This document shows, one piece after another, positions 10,853-20,645 of a stretch of 64,000 bases of DNA. Numbering within the stretch: position 1 is the first letter of the stretch; every line of letters begins with the position of its first letter. The translations under genes were made by a program, and so were the position numbers. Below the pieces are notes generated by a model. It worked only from the letters and a program-made list of their open reading frames with translations. It did no database searches and was not told the origin of the DNA. The DNA lies in IMG/VR virus record IMGVR_UViG_3300008113_011532; one strand, written 5' to 3'. Source of the stretch: an uncultured virus (IMG/VR IMGVR_UViG_3300008113_011532) (taxonomy: Duplodnaviria > Heunggongvirae > Uroviricota > Caudoviricetes).

Positions 10853-12232
10853 ATGAAAAAGTACTCAGACAAGTTCCTGAACCAGTCCGCGAAGCTAAAA
10901 AACGCCACGATCGGCTTCGAGTTCGAGTTCTACGTAAAGGACCTATCATTCTACAAAACCCTGGAGATGCTGAACATAGAGCTCGCACCGGTCAAGGTGT
11001 GGGGTTTCAGGAAATACCACTCCGACTTCACTCCCGACAAGGATAACTTCAAGATTGAACCAGACCTCTCCGGTGGATCAAACATGGTCGAGCTGGTAAC
11101 AGGACCGCTGGACTACTACAACGCGAAGTACTACCTTATAAAGATACTGACCTTCATACAGAAGTACGGATACACAAACGACAAGTGCTCGGTACACTTC
11201 AACCTTTCGTTCGACGACGAGGATAAGGACCTAAACGATCTGAACATACTCAAGCTGATACTAAACACCGACGAGGAAGAGATATACAACGCATTCCCGA
11301 CAAGGAAAGGAAACGTGTACGCGAAGTCAGTGAAGAAAATAATACCCTACAAAGACTACGACTTCTTCAACGTGCCGATCGGTGCCGTGAAGAACAACAT
11401 GAGGACACCAAACGACAAATACTACGGCATCAACTTCCTTCACATCAACGACGACAAGGAAAAGCAGAGGCTCGAGTACCGTTACATAGGCGGGAAGGAC
11501 TACGAGAAGAACACCGGGCAGCTGATCTACTTCATGGAAAGGTTCATCGTAGACGTTCACGACTCAATAAACGCCGGCTTCGACTCAGAGGATATGAACA
11601 GACTTGAGGATTACCTGGAGGAGAACATAAAGCTGTTCAAGAACTTCTCTAAGTACGACAACTTCCTGGTAGAGTTTCCGTCGATGGTACTGCAGGTCGA
11701 CCAAAGAAACGAATACGACCTCGTCAGCGCCTACTACGGCAAAATCTATCCGAAACTATACTCAATAGTCGACGCCACAGACGGTCTAAAGGAGTGCATG
11801 ATAAACTACGTGACAGAGAGCCAGACACTGGAGATAGTCGACGCCACACTAAAGGCGACCTCTACCATTTCCAACATCGACCTGATAAACTGCAACCTGG
11901 AAGGTGTGTTCGAAAACTGCAACCTCGTAGGTTGCGACATAATAAACTCACAGCTCTCGAAGTCCAGAGTCACACACTCGGACGTCGACAACTCCAAGGT
12001 ACTATCTTGCAAGGTCGACGGCTCGACGCTGAACAACTGCTACTTCATGGAAGGCTACCTAAACGGCGACATGAACGGCGGCGTCTTCAGGTCAGGCGAT
12101 CTCGGACCGTACGCCTCGCTCGACGCAGAGGTCAAAATCGTGAACGAGACCGAGAACTTCTTCGACACGAAGTACGACGACGAGTCGAAAGGAGACAAGA
12201 AAGGAAAAATACCGGGATTCGGAAAGAAATGA
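10853..12232 (+). CDS. Putative amidoligase (COOH-NH2 ligase type) with C-terminal beta-helix-like repeats
   Basis: GFEFEF, IEPDLS, ELVTGPL, CSVHFN, KYYGIN and RLEYR motifs. Confidence 0.7.
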   Translation: MKKYSDKFLNQSAKLKNATIGFEFEFYVKDLSFYKTLEMLNIELAPVKVWGFRKYHSDFTPDKDNFKIEPDLSGGSNMVELVTGPLDYYNAKYYLIKILTFIQKYGYTNDKCSVHFNLSFDDEDKDLNDLNILKLILNTDEEEIYNAFPTRKGNVYAKSVKKIIPYKDYDFFNVPIGAVKNNMRTPNDKYYGINFLHINDDKEKQRLEYRYIGGKDYEKNTGQLIYFMERFIVDVHDSINAGFDSEDMNRLEDYLEENIKLFKNFSKYDNFLVEFPSMVLQVDQRNEYDLVSAYYGKIYPKLYSIVDATDGLKECMINYVTESQTLEIVDATLKATSTISNIDLINCNLEGVFENCNLVGCDIINSQLSKSRVTHSDVDNSKVLSCKVDGSTLNNCYFMEGYLNGDMNGGVFRSGDLGPYASLDAEVKIVNETENFFDTKYDDESKGDKKGKIPGFGKK

Positions 12233-12660
12233 GACTGAAGAGATACACAGACTACCTGAACGAGTCGATGGAGCTGAACGGCCTGACGAAGACCGACATC
12301 GAGCTCATGCTCGAGGACCTGACGATGGACAGGGATAAGTTCCCAGAGGAGCTCGAGATATCGCTTACGCAAGGAAAGACCGCCAGGCCGTCGAGCGAAG
12401 GCGACGCTGTGTTCTCCTTCTCGTTCGTGTCGAGAATAGAGGTGAAGATAAAGACGGTGAACCCGCCGAGGACCTTCAGGCACTACGGCGAGGACGTCCG
12501 GAGGTTCCTACTAAGACTCATCGGAGAGAAGAGGTTCACCGAGATAATCGACAACTTCAGGGATAGGCTAGAGTACTACGACCTCGCTGTGCAGCAGCCG
12601 GTCGTTCCGCACAACCTCGACTACATACTGCTGGTGATAAGAACCAAAAACGAGAATTAA
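12229..12660 (+). CDS. Hypothetical protein (N-terminal MRLKRYTDYLNES motif)
   Basis: ATG overlaps the upstream stop; shares the N-terminal motif family. Confidence 0.6.
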   Translation: MRLKRYTDYLNESMELNGLTKTDIELMLEDLTMDRDKFPEELEISLTQGKTARPSSEGDAVFSFSFVSRIEVKIKTVNPPRTFRHYGEDVRRFLLRLIGEKRFTEIIDNFRDRLEYYDLAVQQPVVPHNLDYILLVIRTKNEN

Positions 12661-12686
12661 TATATACAAAAAATCCATACAAAAAG

Positions 12687-14189
12687 ATGAGGATAAAAAG
12701 CTTCAACAGCTGGACCCCGATAAACGAGGAAAGAGCACTCAGGACACTACCGACAGACGAGAAGTACTGGAAAGGTAAGGGCAAGAACGGAAAGGACGTA
12801 GCACTCTACACGCACGACGACATGGACGGAATATTCTGCGCGATTGAGATGAAGAAATGGCTAGTCGAGCACGGCTTCAAAATCGTGAAGTACGGCATAG
12901 TAAACTACTCCGAGGGCTGGAAGAACACGACAATCGATCCTAAGCTCATAAACGTTGCACTTGACTTCGCGAACATGCCAGGCGACGAGAGGGACGAGCA
13001 CATAGACTGGTACCTAGACCACCACGGACTTTTCAATCCAGACCAGGACGAGAAGTACAAGGATGCGCCAGTGAAGAAGCTAGCGACATCCTCGGCGTAC
13101 GAGGCACTCTGCATAGTTCTCGGCCTACCAACCGACGAGCTAGTCCTTTCAGTAATCGACATGATCGACGCCGCGAAGTACCAGGACTACGGTGTCAGCT
13201 GGCAGAGACTACTCGACTTCAACCTAGCGGACATCAAGAAGTCGGACAAGAAGAGGCTCGAGTTCGCAGCGGCGTTCAACCAGTTCCTCAAAAGAAGCGA
13301 CCACAGGACGCTCATATCGGTGATCGCGAACTGCAAGGACGCCTCGATCTATGCAATCTTCAACGCGATGAAGGCCGTATATCCAGAGCACAACGCAGAC
13401 AGGTACGGAACCAAGAAGGACTTCGTCGAGGACTCAGAGTGGAGGCTCAAGACGATGCAGAAAAGAACGAGAGGAAACGACACTCAGAAGATAACCATAA
13501 ACTCATTCGACGAGTTCAAGAAGCTCGAGCAGGGCGGACTGGTCAGGACGAGCGGCTACGTTAAAATCGGAGACCTCGTGTTCGTACCGACAGGGACGTG
13601 GGCAAACGCACTGAGGGCAAGAACAATCGTAGAGAAGGACTTCAAAGACGGCTTCCTGGACTCAGAGCCTAAGTTCATACTCCTACAGTACGGAGGCACG
13701 CTACAGGTCTGCGGATACAAGAAGATGAACGAGATGGAACTTCCCGAGACGATCGATGGAAAGCCGATAGACGACCTTGGCCACTACATGACAGGACTTC
13801 TGAAGAACTTTCAGGAGCACCTGGGATACTACAACCCGGACACGAGCATAGGACAGGACGAGATCACGGTATCGGGCGGACACGGCGGAATCGGATCAAT
13901 CTCGAACATATTCGGAACTTGCGACAAGCCTAAGTACGAGGGCCTCAGGTTCATCGACCTTTTCAAGAACAAGATCATAACTGACCTAGCAGGACTCGGA
14001 ATGAGCGCAGACGAGAGAGGCAAGATGCTAAGGTTCAAATGGTCCGAGCCTAAGGAGTACGCGGGCAAGGAGCCGGAGATGGACAACAAGGTACTCGGCG
14101 CAGAGCAAGTAACAAAGCTCGACAAGTACGGAAAGCCACTGCCGAAGAACGAGAGCAGGATATTTAGTTTCAAGAAGTTCAAAAAATAA
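12687..14189 (+). CDS. DHH-family phosphoesterase
   Basis: YTHDDMDG, ALD, LDHH and GGH motifs. Confidence 0.75.
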   Translation: MRIKSFNSWTPINEERALRTLPTDEKYWKGKGKNGKDVALYTHDDMDGIFCAIEMKKWLVEHGFKIVKYGIVNYSEGWKNTTIDPKLINVALDFANMPGDERDEHIDWYLDHHGLFNPDQDEKYKDAPVKKLATSSAYEALCIVLGLPTDELVLSVIDMIDAAKYQDYGVSWQRLLDFNLADIKKSDKKRLEFAAAFNQFLKRSDHRTLISVIANCKDASIYAIFNAMKAVYPEHNADRYGTKKDFVEDSEWRLKTMQKRTRGNDTQKITINSFDEFKKLEQGGLVRTSGYVKIGDLVFVPTGTWANALRARTIVEKDFKDGFLDSEPKFILLQYGGTLQVCGYKKMNEMELPETIDGKPIDDLGHYMTGLLKNFQEHLGYYNPDTSIGQDEITVSGGHGGIGSISNIFGTCDKPKYEGLRFIDLFKNKIITDLAGLGMSADERGKMLRFKWSEPKEYAGKEPEMDNKVLGAEQVTKLDKYGKPLPKNESRIFSFKKFKK

Positions 14190-14192
14190 AAA

Positions 14193-14216
14193 AAACCCGC
14201 CATGTGCGGGTTTTTC
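14193..14216 (+). terminator. Intrinsic terminator
   Basis: aaacccgc-catgt-gcgggttttt hairpin plus U-tract. Confidence 0.7.
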
Positions 14217-14263
14217 TAATCAAATGACAACCATAATTATATAACAAAGAAAAAGTTTTAAAG

Positions 14264-14680
14264 ATGATTACAAGCGGAATGACGGTGACCGTCAACTACA
14301 CAGGAAAAATCGACGACGGCCAAGTCTTCGACACAACACAGGGAAGAGATCCATTCAAATTCGTTTTAGGTGTCGATCCACTTATCCTAGGCTTCCAAGA
14401 GGCTATAGTCGGAAGACAGATTGGCGACAAGTTCACGGTGAACATCCCAGTCGAAAAAGCATACGGCGAATCCTCAGAGGAAAAGATTGTCAGGATACCA
14501 AAAACGGAAATGCCAGGTGAGGTTGAGGTAGACCAAATACTCGTGGCTAAAGGAACGAACGAACAAGAGGTCAGAGTTATTGTCAAAGAGGTGCACGATG
14601 ACCACGTGGTCATCGACGGAAACCACCCGTTGGCAGGCAAGGATCTTATTTTCGAAATCGAGATTATTGAAGCAGTATAA
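14264..14680 (+). CDS. slyD: FKBP-type peptidyl-prolyl isomerase (SlyD-like)
   Basis: VNYTG..DGQVFDTT, AYG and DGNHPLAGKDLIFEIEI motifs. Confidence 0.9.
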   Translation: MITSGMTVTVNYTGKIDDGQVFDTTQGRDPFKFVLGVDPLILGFQEAIVGRQIGDKFTVNIPVEKAYGESSEEKIVRIPKTEMPGEVEVDQILVAKGTNEQEVRVIVKEVHDDHVVIDGNHPLAGKDLIFEIEIIEAV

Positions 14681-14681
14681 A

Positions 14682-14706
14682 AAAAAGTGCCGAATGGCAC
14701 TTTTTT
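14682..14706. terminator. Bidirectional intrinsic terminator
   Basis: aaaaagtgcc-gaat-ggcacttttt between convergent genes. Confidence 0.7.
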
Positions 14707-14981
14707 CATTTAAAGTCAATCCTGTCACACGCCAGCCAATGGCAGAGATGATCCGAAAACTCAGAATCTTTGGATATTATCTCATACTCAGACTGTAGAC
14801 GTATCCAGTTGTTCTCCTCATCGCACTTACAACCGTACAAATACTCAGAGGCCACGTCGACGTAGTGTCTTATCTTTATAGACATATCACCGGATGAGTG
14901 GTCAACCAGCTCGTTGCGGCTGTCGAGTATGCGGTAAAGGTGGACCGGTGAATCCACCGTCAGGACTTTCGAAATTTCCAT
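14706..14981 (-). CDS. Hypothetical protein
   Basis: ORF from MEISKVL overlapping the upstream gene end. Confidence 0.55.
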   Translation of the reverse strand: MEISKVLTVDSPVHLYRILDSRNELVDHSSGDMSIKIRHYVDVASEYLYGCKCDEENNWIRLQSEYEIISKDSEFSDHLCHWLACDRIDFK

Positions 14982-15304
14982 AATAAGAATACGTAAAGAT
15001 TGTATGCGAAGAGAGACGCTAAGTAGACCGCAGGAGTGCATAAAATTCCAACACCGAAGTGGCAAGCCAACGCAGACAGCCAGAAGCACAGACAACTCTT
15101 ACAGGACATCAGCTTGGTGAAAAACCCCCTGTGTCGACTTGAAACATATTGCAGGTACGTGACACGAGGATACTTCTCTCTCCAAACGTCCCAATCGTCT
15201 ATGTGAAGGAACTTGGTAAGACGAAGCGCGCGCCCGTAATCCACGAAAGCATCCGTCTCGAACCAGACGTACATAAAAAAGACGACGAAAAGAACCTCAA
15301 TCAT
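14960..15304 (-). CDS. Small membrane protein with CxxC
   Basis: Hydrophobic segments; SCKSCLCFW. Confidence 0.55.
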   Translation of the reverse strand: MIEVLFVVFFMYVWFETDAFVDYGRALRLTKFLHIDDWDVWREKYPRVTYLQYVSSRHRGFFTKLMSCKSCLCFWLSALACHFGVGILCTPAVYLASLFAYNLYVFLLWKFRKS

Positions 15305-15337
15305 AAGGCTTTTACGTCGTCTTTGACAAAAAGTTTA

Positions 15338-15487
15338 CTACCTGCCTTGGCCAGCGTACTTCTTCTTGTAGTTCTTGGCATTCTTTGAGACCGAAGTCTT
15401 CTTCTTCGAGTGAACCCCTGGCCTTTTCTTTCTCGGCCTGGCGACGTGTGTTCTTGAGACAGACGTCTTAGAAGCTTTTGCTGCCAT
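15338..15487 (-). CDS. 49-aa highly basic peptide (MAAKASK...KKRPGVHSKKK...KKKYAGQGR)
   Basis: Read directly from the sequence (below the ORF-track cutoff); TATATA motif upstream. Confidence 0.7.
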   Translation of the reverse strand: MAAKASKTSVSRTHVARPRKKRPGVHSKKKTSVSKNAKNYKKKYAGQGR

Positions 15488-15553
15488 AACATAGTATAGT
15501 TTTTATGCACCGCAAGGCGGCACTAGACTATATATTAGGCCAGGAAAACGATT

Positions 15554-15748
15554 TTACCCCTGAAGCGGAAGCTTGAATATGTCCACGAACGCGTTGGTGT
15601 AACCCTCGTAGAGGTCCTTCTTGGCGAGTGTGCTCCTGCTCACGCCTAACTGTTCCTGGTTATAGCGAGTGTACAGCTTGCCGAGGTTCACGAAAAGCTC
15701 CATGCGCCCGGTCGCCTTCCATCTTATGTAAAGCGCCGTCCTTCTCAT
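15554..15748 (-). CDS. Small hypothetical protein
   Basis: ATG coupled to the stop of the upstream phosphoesterase gene. Confidence 0.5.
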   Translation of the reverse strand: MRRTALYIRWKATGRMELFVNLGKLYTRYNQEQLGVSRSTLAKKDLYEGYTNAFVDIFKLPLQG

Positions 15749-16533
15749 CAGCCGAAGTTCAATTCGTCGAGATCCTCCTCCCAGAGCTCGCCAACTCCAA
15801 GCACACGGTGCTCGCAACCGTCAAGTGACATGCTGTCGCTGAAGTGGAAGTGGCCGTAGTAGTGCTTGGAAGGTGAGTGTCCGTTCAGACGGAGCAGGTG
15901 GAACATCTCGGACATCTGCTGGCGCTCGAACATAAGGTCCGACTTCAGTCGCCCGTCGTAGGCCGCGAAGCTCTCCACCAAAGGGCCGAAGCTGAAGGTG
16001 TTGTCTGGCTGGCACCAGGCAGGCGCGGTGTGCGTGAGCACTATGTCTATGTCCTTCATCGCTGATACCTTCTCGACGTCCAGCTCGAAGACCTCGTCGT
16101 GCCACCAGCTCTCGTTTCCCTTGTACTCGAAACCTGCCCAGCTTCCGTTCTTCTCGAAGACGTCGCCCTGCTTTGACGTAAGTCTAGGCATACGGTCGAC
16201 GCTGACCGCCCCGCCGACGCAGAGTATGCGCTTCCCAAACAGCTCGAGCACCGTGTAGTCAGGTATAAGCTTTATGTTGGTGAACCCGAAAGGATCGTTG
16301 TCGAAGTAAGGCTTGAAGTCGTGGTTCCCTCGGAAAGCCCAGACGGTCACGTTGTTCTTCACCAGCTTGTGGTGGTACATCTCGAGCTCACGCTTCTCCT
16401 TGTGCAATTGCTTGAAACCCACGCCGAAGTCGCCAATCTGCACTATGTGTGCGTCAGATATACCGAATCTGTCGATGTAGTTCGATATCAGATTGAAGTT
16501 GCCGTGTATGTCGCCTAGGTAGAAAAGTCTCAT
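15748..16533 (-). CDS. Calcineurin-like metallophosphoesterase
   Basis: GDIHG, GDFG, RGNHD, THTAP and GHFH motifs. Confidence 0.9.
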   Translation of the reverse strand: MRLFYLGDIHGNFNLISNYIDRFGISDAHIVQIGDFGVGFKQLHKEKRELEMYHHKLVKNNVTVWAFRGNHDFKPYFDNDPFGFTNIKLIPDYTVLELFGKRILCVGGAVSVDRMPRLTSKQGDVFEKNGSWAGFEYKGNESWWHDEVFELDVEKVSAMKDIDIVLTHTAPAWCQPDNTFSFGPLVESFAAYDGRLKSDLMFERQQMSEMFHLLRLNGHSPSKHYYGHFHFSDSMSLDGCEHRVLGVGELWEEDLDELNFG

Positions 16534-16593
16534 AATGTGTAAATTTAGCTATTTTGTACAGAATAACCTAAACTATATAAACAAAACGCGCAT

Positions 16594-16947
16594 TTGTTTG
16601 ATAGAACCGCTATGGACGACGTACACAAACTCACAACCAAGCTTAAGCTACACTTCAAGGAGTTCGTCGCCAACGTCAAGAAGGAGAACGACGAGACCAA
16701 GGCTGCATTTGAGATCCTACTGAAGGCATCAAGGAAGGAACTGGTCGACGACTACGGCAACTGCCGGAAACTCAACGACCACGAGAAGGAGTACATACGC
16801 CAGCAGGCAGGCGACGTGCTGAAGATGGTCGGACTGACTTCGCTGACAATACTTCCAGGCGGAACGCTCGTACTTGTACTCATAAACGTGTTCCGCCTGA
16901 ACGACCACCTGCTACCATCGAGCTTCAAGAAACCCAAAAAGCAATAG
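16594..16947 (+). CDS. LETM1-like small protein
   Basis: DVLKMVG...ILPGGT...LLPSSF pattern. Confidence 0.5.
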   Translation: MFDRTAMDDVHKLTTKLKLHFKEFVANVKKENDETKAAFEILLKASRKELVDDYGNCRKLNDHEKEYIRQQAGDVLKMVGLTSLTILPGGTLVLVLINVFRLNDHLLPSSFKKPKKQ

Positions 16948-16967
16948 CGGTATTTTATATATACCGC

Positions 16968-18173
16968 ATGAAGATCACGAACTACAACGAGTTCCTGCTG
17001 GAGAAGGAGTTCCAGAGGATACTAAAGGCAATCAGGCTCATAAACGAGGCAGACACGTACAACGTCGGAGACACAATCGAGTGGGACCTGGCTAAGGACA
17101 AAGGCACCCCGGACGAGCCGTCACCAGAGATGGAATGGACATTCGATCCGAAGTCCAAGCTGCAGAAGGCCAAGGACAGAATATCGGACTTCACGAGCTG
17201 GCTGAAGAAGGACGACGCCGACATCGACCTCAAGTTCGAGCACCCGATCGTCAACCTCCTCAAAAATTTCGTCGAGAAGGTAAAGAACGAAATCAGAGAT
17301 CCTGAGAAGTTCAAGGCCAAGGTGAAAGAGTACTTCCTCAGGATGCTCGACGAGATTAAGTCGCTACCGGAGAAGATAAAGAGAGACCTGCTAAGCAAGG
17401 CATTCATAGTGCTTGCGGCTTACATACCGCTTTCTAACATAGTCACACCAGACGTGATAGAAAAAGAGCCTATAACCGCCGAGATAAAGGCAGACATCGA
17501 CTCGAGACAGCAACAGAAGCCAGTCAAAACGGTAGTCGCAGAGCCGAAAAAGGAGACAAGCAAGCAAAAGGCGAGCTTCGAGAAGGCGCAGTCGCTCGTG
17601 AAGTCAGTAGAGGCGGGCTATTCCGACGACAGGAACGACACAGGAAACTACATACCGGTTGCCGGAGGCGGGCAGAGGTTCATCGGAACGAACCACGGAA
17701 TATCAGCGCCTATTCTTGCCAAATACTTCAAGGACAAAGGAATAACAAGACTTCTGACGAAACAGGACATGATTGATCTCAAATACGAGACCGCACTTGA
17801 GATATACAAAAAGGACTACTGGGACGCGCAAAGACTCGGCGAGTTCAATAGCCAGTCTATAGCCAACGTGCTCTACGACGGATGCGTGAACCAAGGCGCG
17901 GGCGCAACGCTGACCGTACTCAAGAACTCAATGGAGAACCTCGGACACAATGCAGAGGACATCGGCAGCTGGGACGAGTTCCACGAAAAGCTAACACCGA
18001 CCGTCAACGAGATGGACAACGCCGAGACCGAGAAACTGTTCGAGGAAATCAAAGAAGAGAGAATGATCAAATACAGGAAGTCAGACACCTGGGACGACCA
18101 CGGAAGAGGCTGGACCGACAGGATAAAAGACATGGCCTTCGTCGACGGGCAGACAGACTCGGATCTCACATAA
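16968..18173 (+). CDS. Glycoside hydrolase family 108-like lysozyme with N-terminal extension
   Basis: EAGYSDDRNDTG, GTNHGIS, IYKKDYWD, YDGCVNQG and RGWTDR motifs. Confidence 0.8.
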   Translation: MKITNYNEFLLEKEFQRILKAIRLINEADTYNVGDTIEWDLAKDKGTPDEPSPEMEWTFDPKSKLQKAKDRISDFTSWLKKDDADIDLKFEHPIVNLLKNFVEKVKNEIRDPEKFKAKVKEYFLRMLDEIKSLPEKIKRDLLSKAFIVLAAYIPLSNIVTPDVIEKEPITAEIKADIDSRQQQKPVKTVVAEPKKETSKQKASFEKAQSLVKSVEAGYSDDRNDTGNYIPVAGGGQRFIGTNHGISAPILAKYFKDKGITRLLTKQDMIDLKYETALEIYKKDYWDAQRLGEFNSQSIANVLYDGCVNQGAGATLTVLKNSMENLGHNAEDIGSWDEFHEKLTPTVNEMDNAETEKLFEEIKEERMIKYRKSDTWDDHGRGWTDRIKDMAFVDGQTDSDLT

Positions 18174-18208
18174 TAGAAATAATATATAAGTAAACTAATC
18201 ATAAAGAA

Positions 18209-18730
18209 ATGAACCTAGAAAACTGGCAAAGAAGAGAGCTACTCGGCGCAACGAATAGCGAGGCAGTTGTAAACAGATACTACGCATATTCAACGATCAG
18301 CAACCCAGCAGACACAGACGCAGTCTACTCAATAAGGAAGGTAACCGTTTCAGGCACGGTCGAGACGTCCGCATGGAGTGACAACGCACAGGCCAGCTTC
18401 AACGCCAAATGGTCAGAGAGAGCAGCGAACTTTACAGCACCTACCGGGGCTCTCGGATTCACCTTCAGTGCAGGTGACATAGCAAGCTTCAGCTGGACGA
18501 GGCTCAGTGGCGTCAACACCTACAACATAGTCGTAACAAACCACGAAGGTAAAATCGTCACAAGAACTGGAGACCTCCTACAAAACTCACCGATGACCGT
18601 CACCGAGACCTACATCAACGAGACAAACCACAGCCAGTACTTCAGACTCACCGGTACGTACTCGATAGTTCTACAGGCAGTCAACGCAGCGGGAACACTT
18701 ACGGCGACACACTATTACGTGAAATCATAA
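18209..18730 (+). CDS. Putative virion protein (beta-rich)
   Basis: T/S/N-rich 173 aa ORF behind a TATATA motif. Confidence 0.45.
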   Translation: MNLENWQRRELLGATNSEAVVNRYYAYSTISNPADTDAVYSIRKVTVSGTVETSAWSDNAQASFNAKWSERAANFTAPTGALGFTFSAGDIASFSWTRLSGVNTYNIVVTNHEGKIVTRTGDLLQNSPMTVTETYINETNHSQYFRLTGTYSIVLQAVNAAGTLTATHYYVKS

Positions 18731-18808
18731 AAGAAACACATCAGAAGCCGACACCAGTCGGCTTCATCATTTAATGAAACTTTGCTATATTTGAGAATAT
18801 AATAAAAC

Positions 18809-19342
18809 ATGGTAAATAGTAATAAAATGAGAATCAGTGCCTTGTTGACACTCACATTCTTGGTCACAATGATGGCATCGCTATTCGCAACTGGACTCAG
18901 TAACGGAATCGACAACACGAACAGGTCAAAAATGAAGGCACAATGGTGCGTAATGAAAACACACAAAGTCGATAAAAAAGAGACCTCGCCTAAGAAGAAG
19001 ACGAACGACAAAAAGAAAGTCCAAAAAACGAAAGCGACAGAAACACACAAGGAAGCAACCGTCAGAATCCACGACCCTAACGCACACCACATCGCCACTT
19101 GGTACAGGACCGAAGGTTCTATAGTACACAGGGAACATCCAACCGCGGCATACAACTTCACAGCACTGGGGACGAAACTACTCGTAATTAACGCGGCAAG
19201 CGGCGACTCCTGCATAGTAGAGGTAACCGACAGAATGGGCCACAAAAAGGGAAACCACATAGACCTCAGCCACGCTGCATTCGGCAGGTTGGGAAACCAC
19301 GGCCAGGGTGTGATCAGAGTCCTCGTAAAACTACTGAACTGA
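18809..19342 (+). CDS. RlpA-like (DPBB) lytic transglycosylase with N-terminal membrane anchor
   Basis: ATWY, TAA, GTKLLVIN, VEVTDR and IDLSHAAF motifs. Confidence 0.75.
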   Translation: MVNSNKMRISALLTLTFLVTMMASLFATGLSNGIDNTNRSKMKAQWCVMKTHKVDKKETSPKKKTNDKKKVQKTKATETHKEATVRIHDPNAHHIATWYRTEGSIVHREHPTAAYNFTALGTKLLVINAASGDSCIVEVTDRMGHKKGNHIDLSHAAFGRLGNHGQGVIRVLVKLLN

Positions 19343-19343
19343 T

Positions 19344-19778
19344 ATGAAACTGACGCCAGAGGATCTAGGCAAATACAGGCTCGTGAAAGTTACGTACGAC
19401 CACAGCATCAAAGAGCTCGCCATAATCGAGGAATCGATGCCACCAGCAGACCGAAAACTTTTGCAGACCAACCAAAGCCAAATAAACCTCAGAATAAGGA
19501 GAAGGAACCTTCTCGTTGACTGGATATGGGCAATTCAAGATGATATTTCAGCCTACGAAGTCTGCCTGAAAACAAACGAGGTCAGACACAAAATTGTCGA
19601 CCACACGACTACCTACTACAGAAACCCGGAGAAGCTTGCCGCACTGAGAAACGAAGTCGACGATTTCATAACAAATAACGCGGACACCGATTTCATTCTC
19701 GACCGAATAGGACTTATCGGCATCGAAAACATATCAAAGTTGGAAAAAGAAATACTCGAAAAAGAATCAAAAGTATGA
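19344..19778 (+). CDS. Hypothetical protein with DUF6576-like C-terminus
   Basis: DFILDRIGLIGIENISKLEKEIL. Confidence 0.55.
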   Translation: MKLTPEDLGKYRLVKVTYDHSIKELAIIEESMPPADRKLLQTNQSQINLRIRRRNLLVDWIWAIQDDISAYEVCLKTNEVRHKIVDHTTTYYRNPEKLAALRNEVDDFITNNADTDFILDRIGLIGIENISKLEKEILEKESKV

Positions 19779-20026
19779 CAAGCAAAAAAACGTCCGGAAT
19801 AGGCGTGCTCGGAATTCTACAGATAGTATTCCTGGTGCTCAAACTGACAAATAACATAGACTGGAACTGGCTCTGGGTACTATCCCCGATACTCTTTCCA
19901 ATTTTGCTGTTCCTCGTCTCAGTTGTAACACTCACAGTCGTAATATTCATCGGCGTGGGCCTTGGAATTTGGGATCTTGACAGAATAAACGACAAAATCA
20001 AAAGTAGAGATGCAGGGAAAGAATAA
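19775..20026 (+). CDS. Small membrane protein
   Basis: IVFLVLKLTNNIDWNWLWVLSP, a motif typical of small phage membrane proteins. Confidence 0.7.
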   Translation: MTSKKTSGIGVLGILQIVFLVLKLTNNIDWNWLWVLSPILFPILLFLVSVVTLTVVIFIGVGLGIWDLDRINDKIKSRDAGKE

Positions 20027-20645
20027 ACACATCGGATTCGAGGGCGGCCTAAAGGTCGTCACCACAAAAAAACAGATGGCAAAAGACTTTCCGTTGTCAA
20101 AGAAGTGGACGAAAAGAATCAAGAGCTGGGTGACCGACAAAGAAAGCTTCTCGAAGAAAAACAACGAGTACTTCTACGGATGCACATTTAAAGTACCGAC
20201 CAACCAGGAAGAGCTGGCCGACTACGTCGCCGACGCAGAGTTCTCAACCACACTACCTTTCGAGGAAAGGCTCAACTACGAGCTGTCCAAAGTCAACGTA
20301 TCCGCATTCGTGAAAAACAAAAACTTCGTCATCGGCGACAGAATCACAAACGAATCGCTACCAAGTAGCGTCACAAACATGCTGGCAGAAATAGTAAAGA
20401 TTAAAATGCTCGTTGAGTACGAGATACACGGAGACGACGAAATCAGAAAAACAATACCCGAAATCGACAGCAAGAGAGTGGATCCGAAGGTAGTTCAGAA
20501 AGAGATTGACCAACTAAAACAGCAGATTGACGAAGATACCGAACTGGACCTGGACACAATACTCGACAAGATAAACATGTACGGGATGGGCTCGGTCACA
20601 AAAAAGGAACTCGACTTCCTGAACGAGCAGAGTAGAAAGAGCTAA
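20010..20645 (+). CDS. Hypothetical protein with DUF6576-like C-terminus
   Basis: LDTILDKINMYGMGSVTKKELDFL. Confidence 0.55.
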   Translation: MQGKNKHIGFEGGLKVVTTKKQMAKDFPLSKKWTKRIKSWVTDKESFSKKNNEYFYGCTFKVPTNQEELADYVADAEFSTTLPFEERLNYELSKVNVSAFVKNKNFVIGDRITNESLPSSVTNMLAEIVKIKMLVEYEIHGDDEIRKTIPEIDSKRVDPKVVQKEIDQLKQQIDEDTELDLDTILDKINMYGMGSVTKKELDFLNEQSRKS

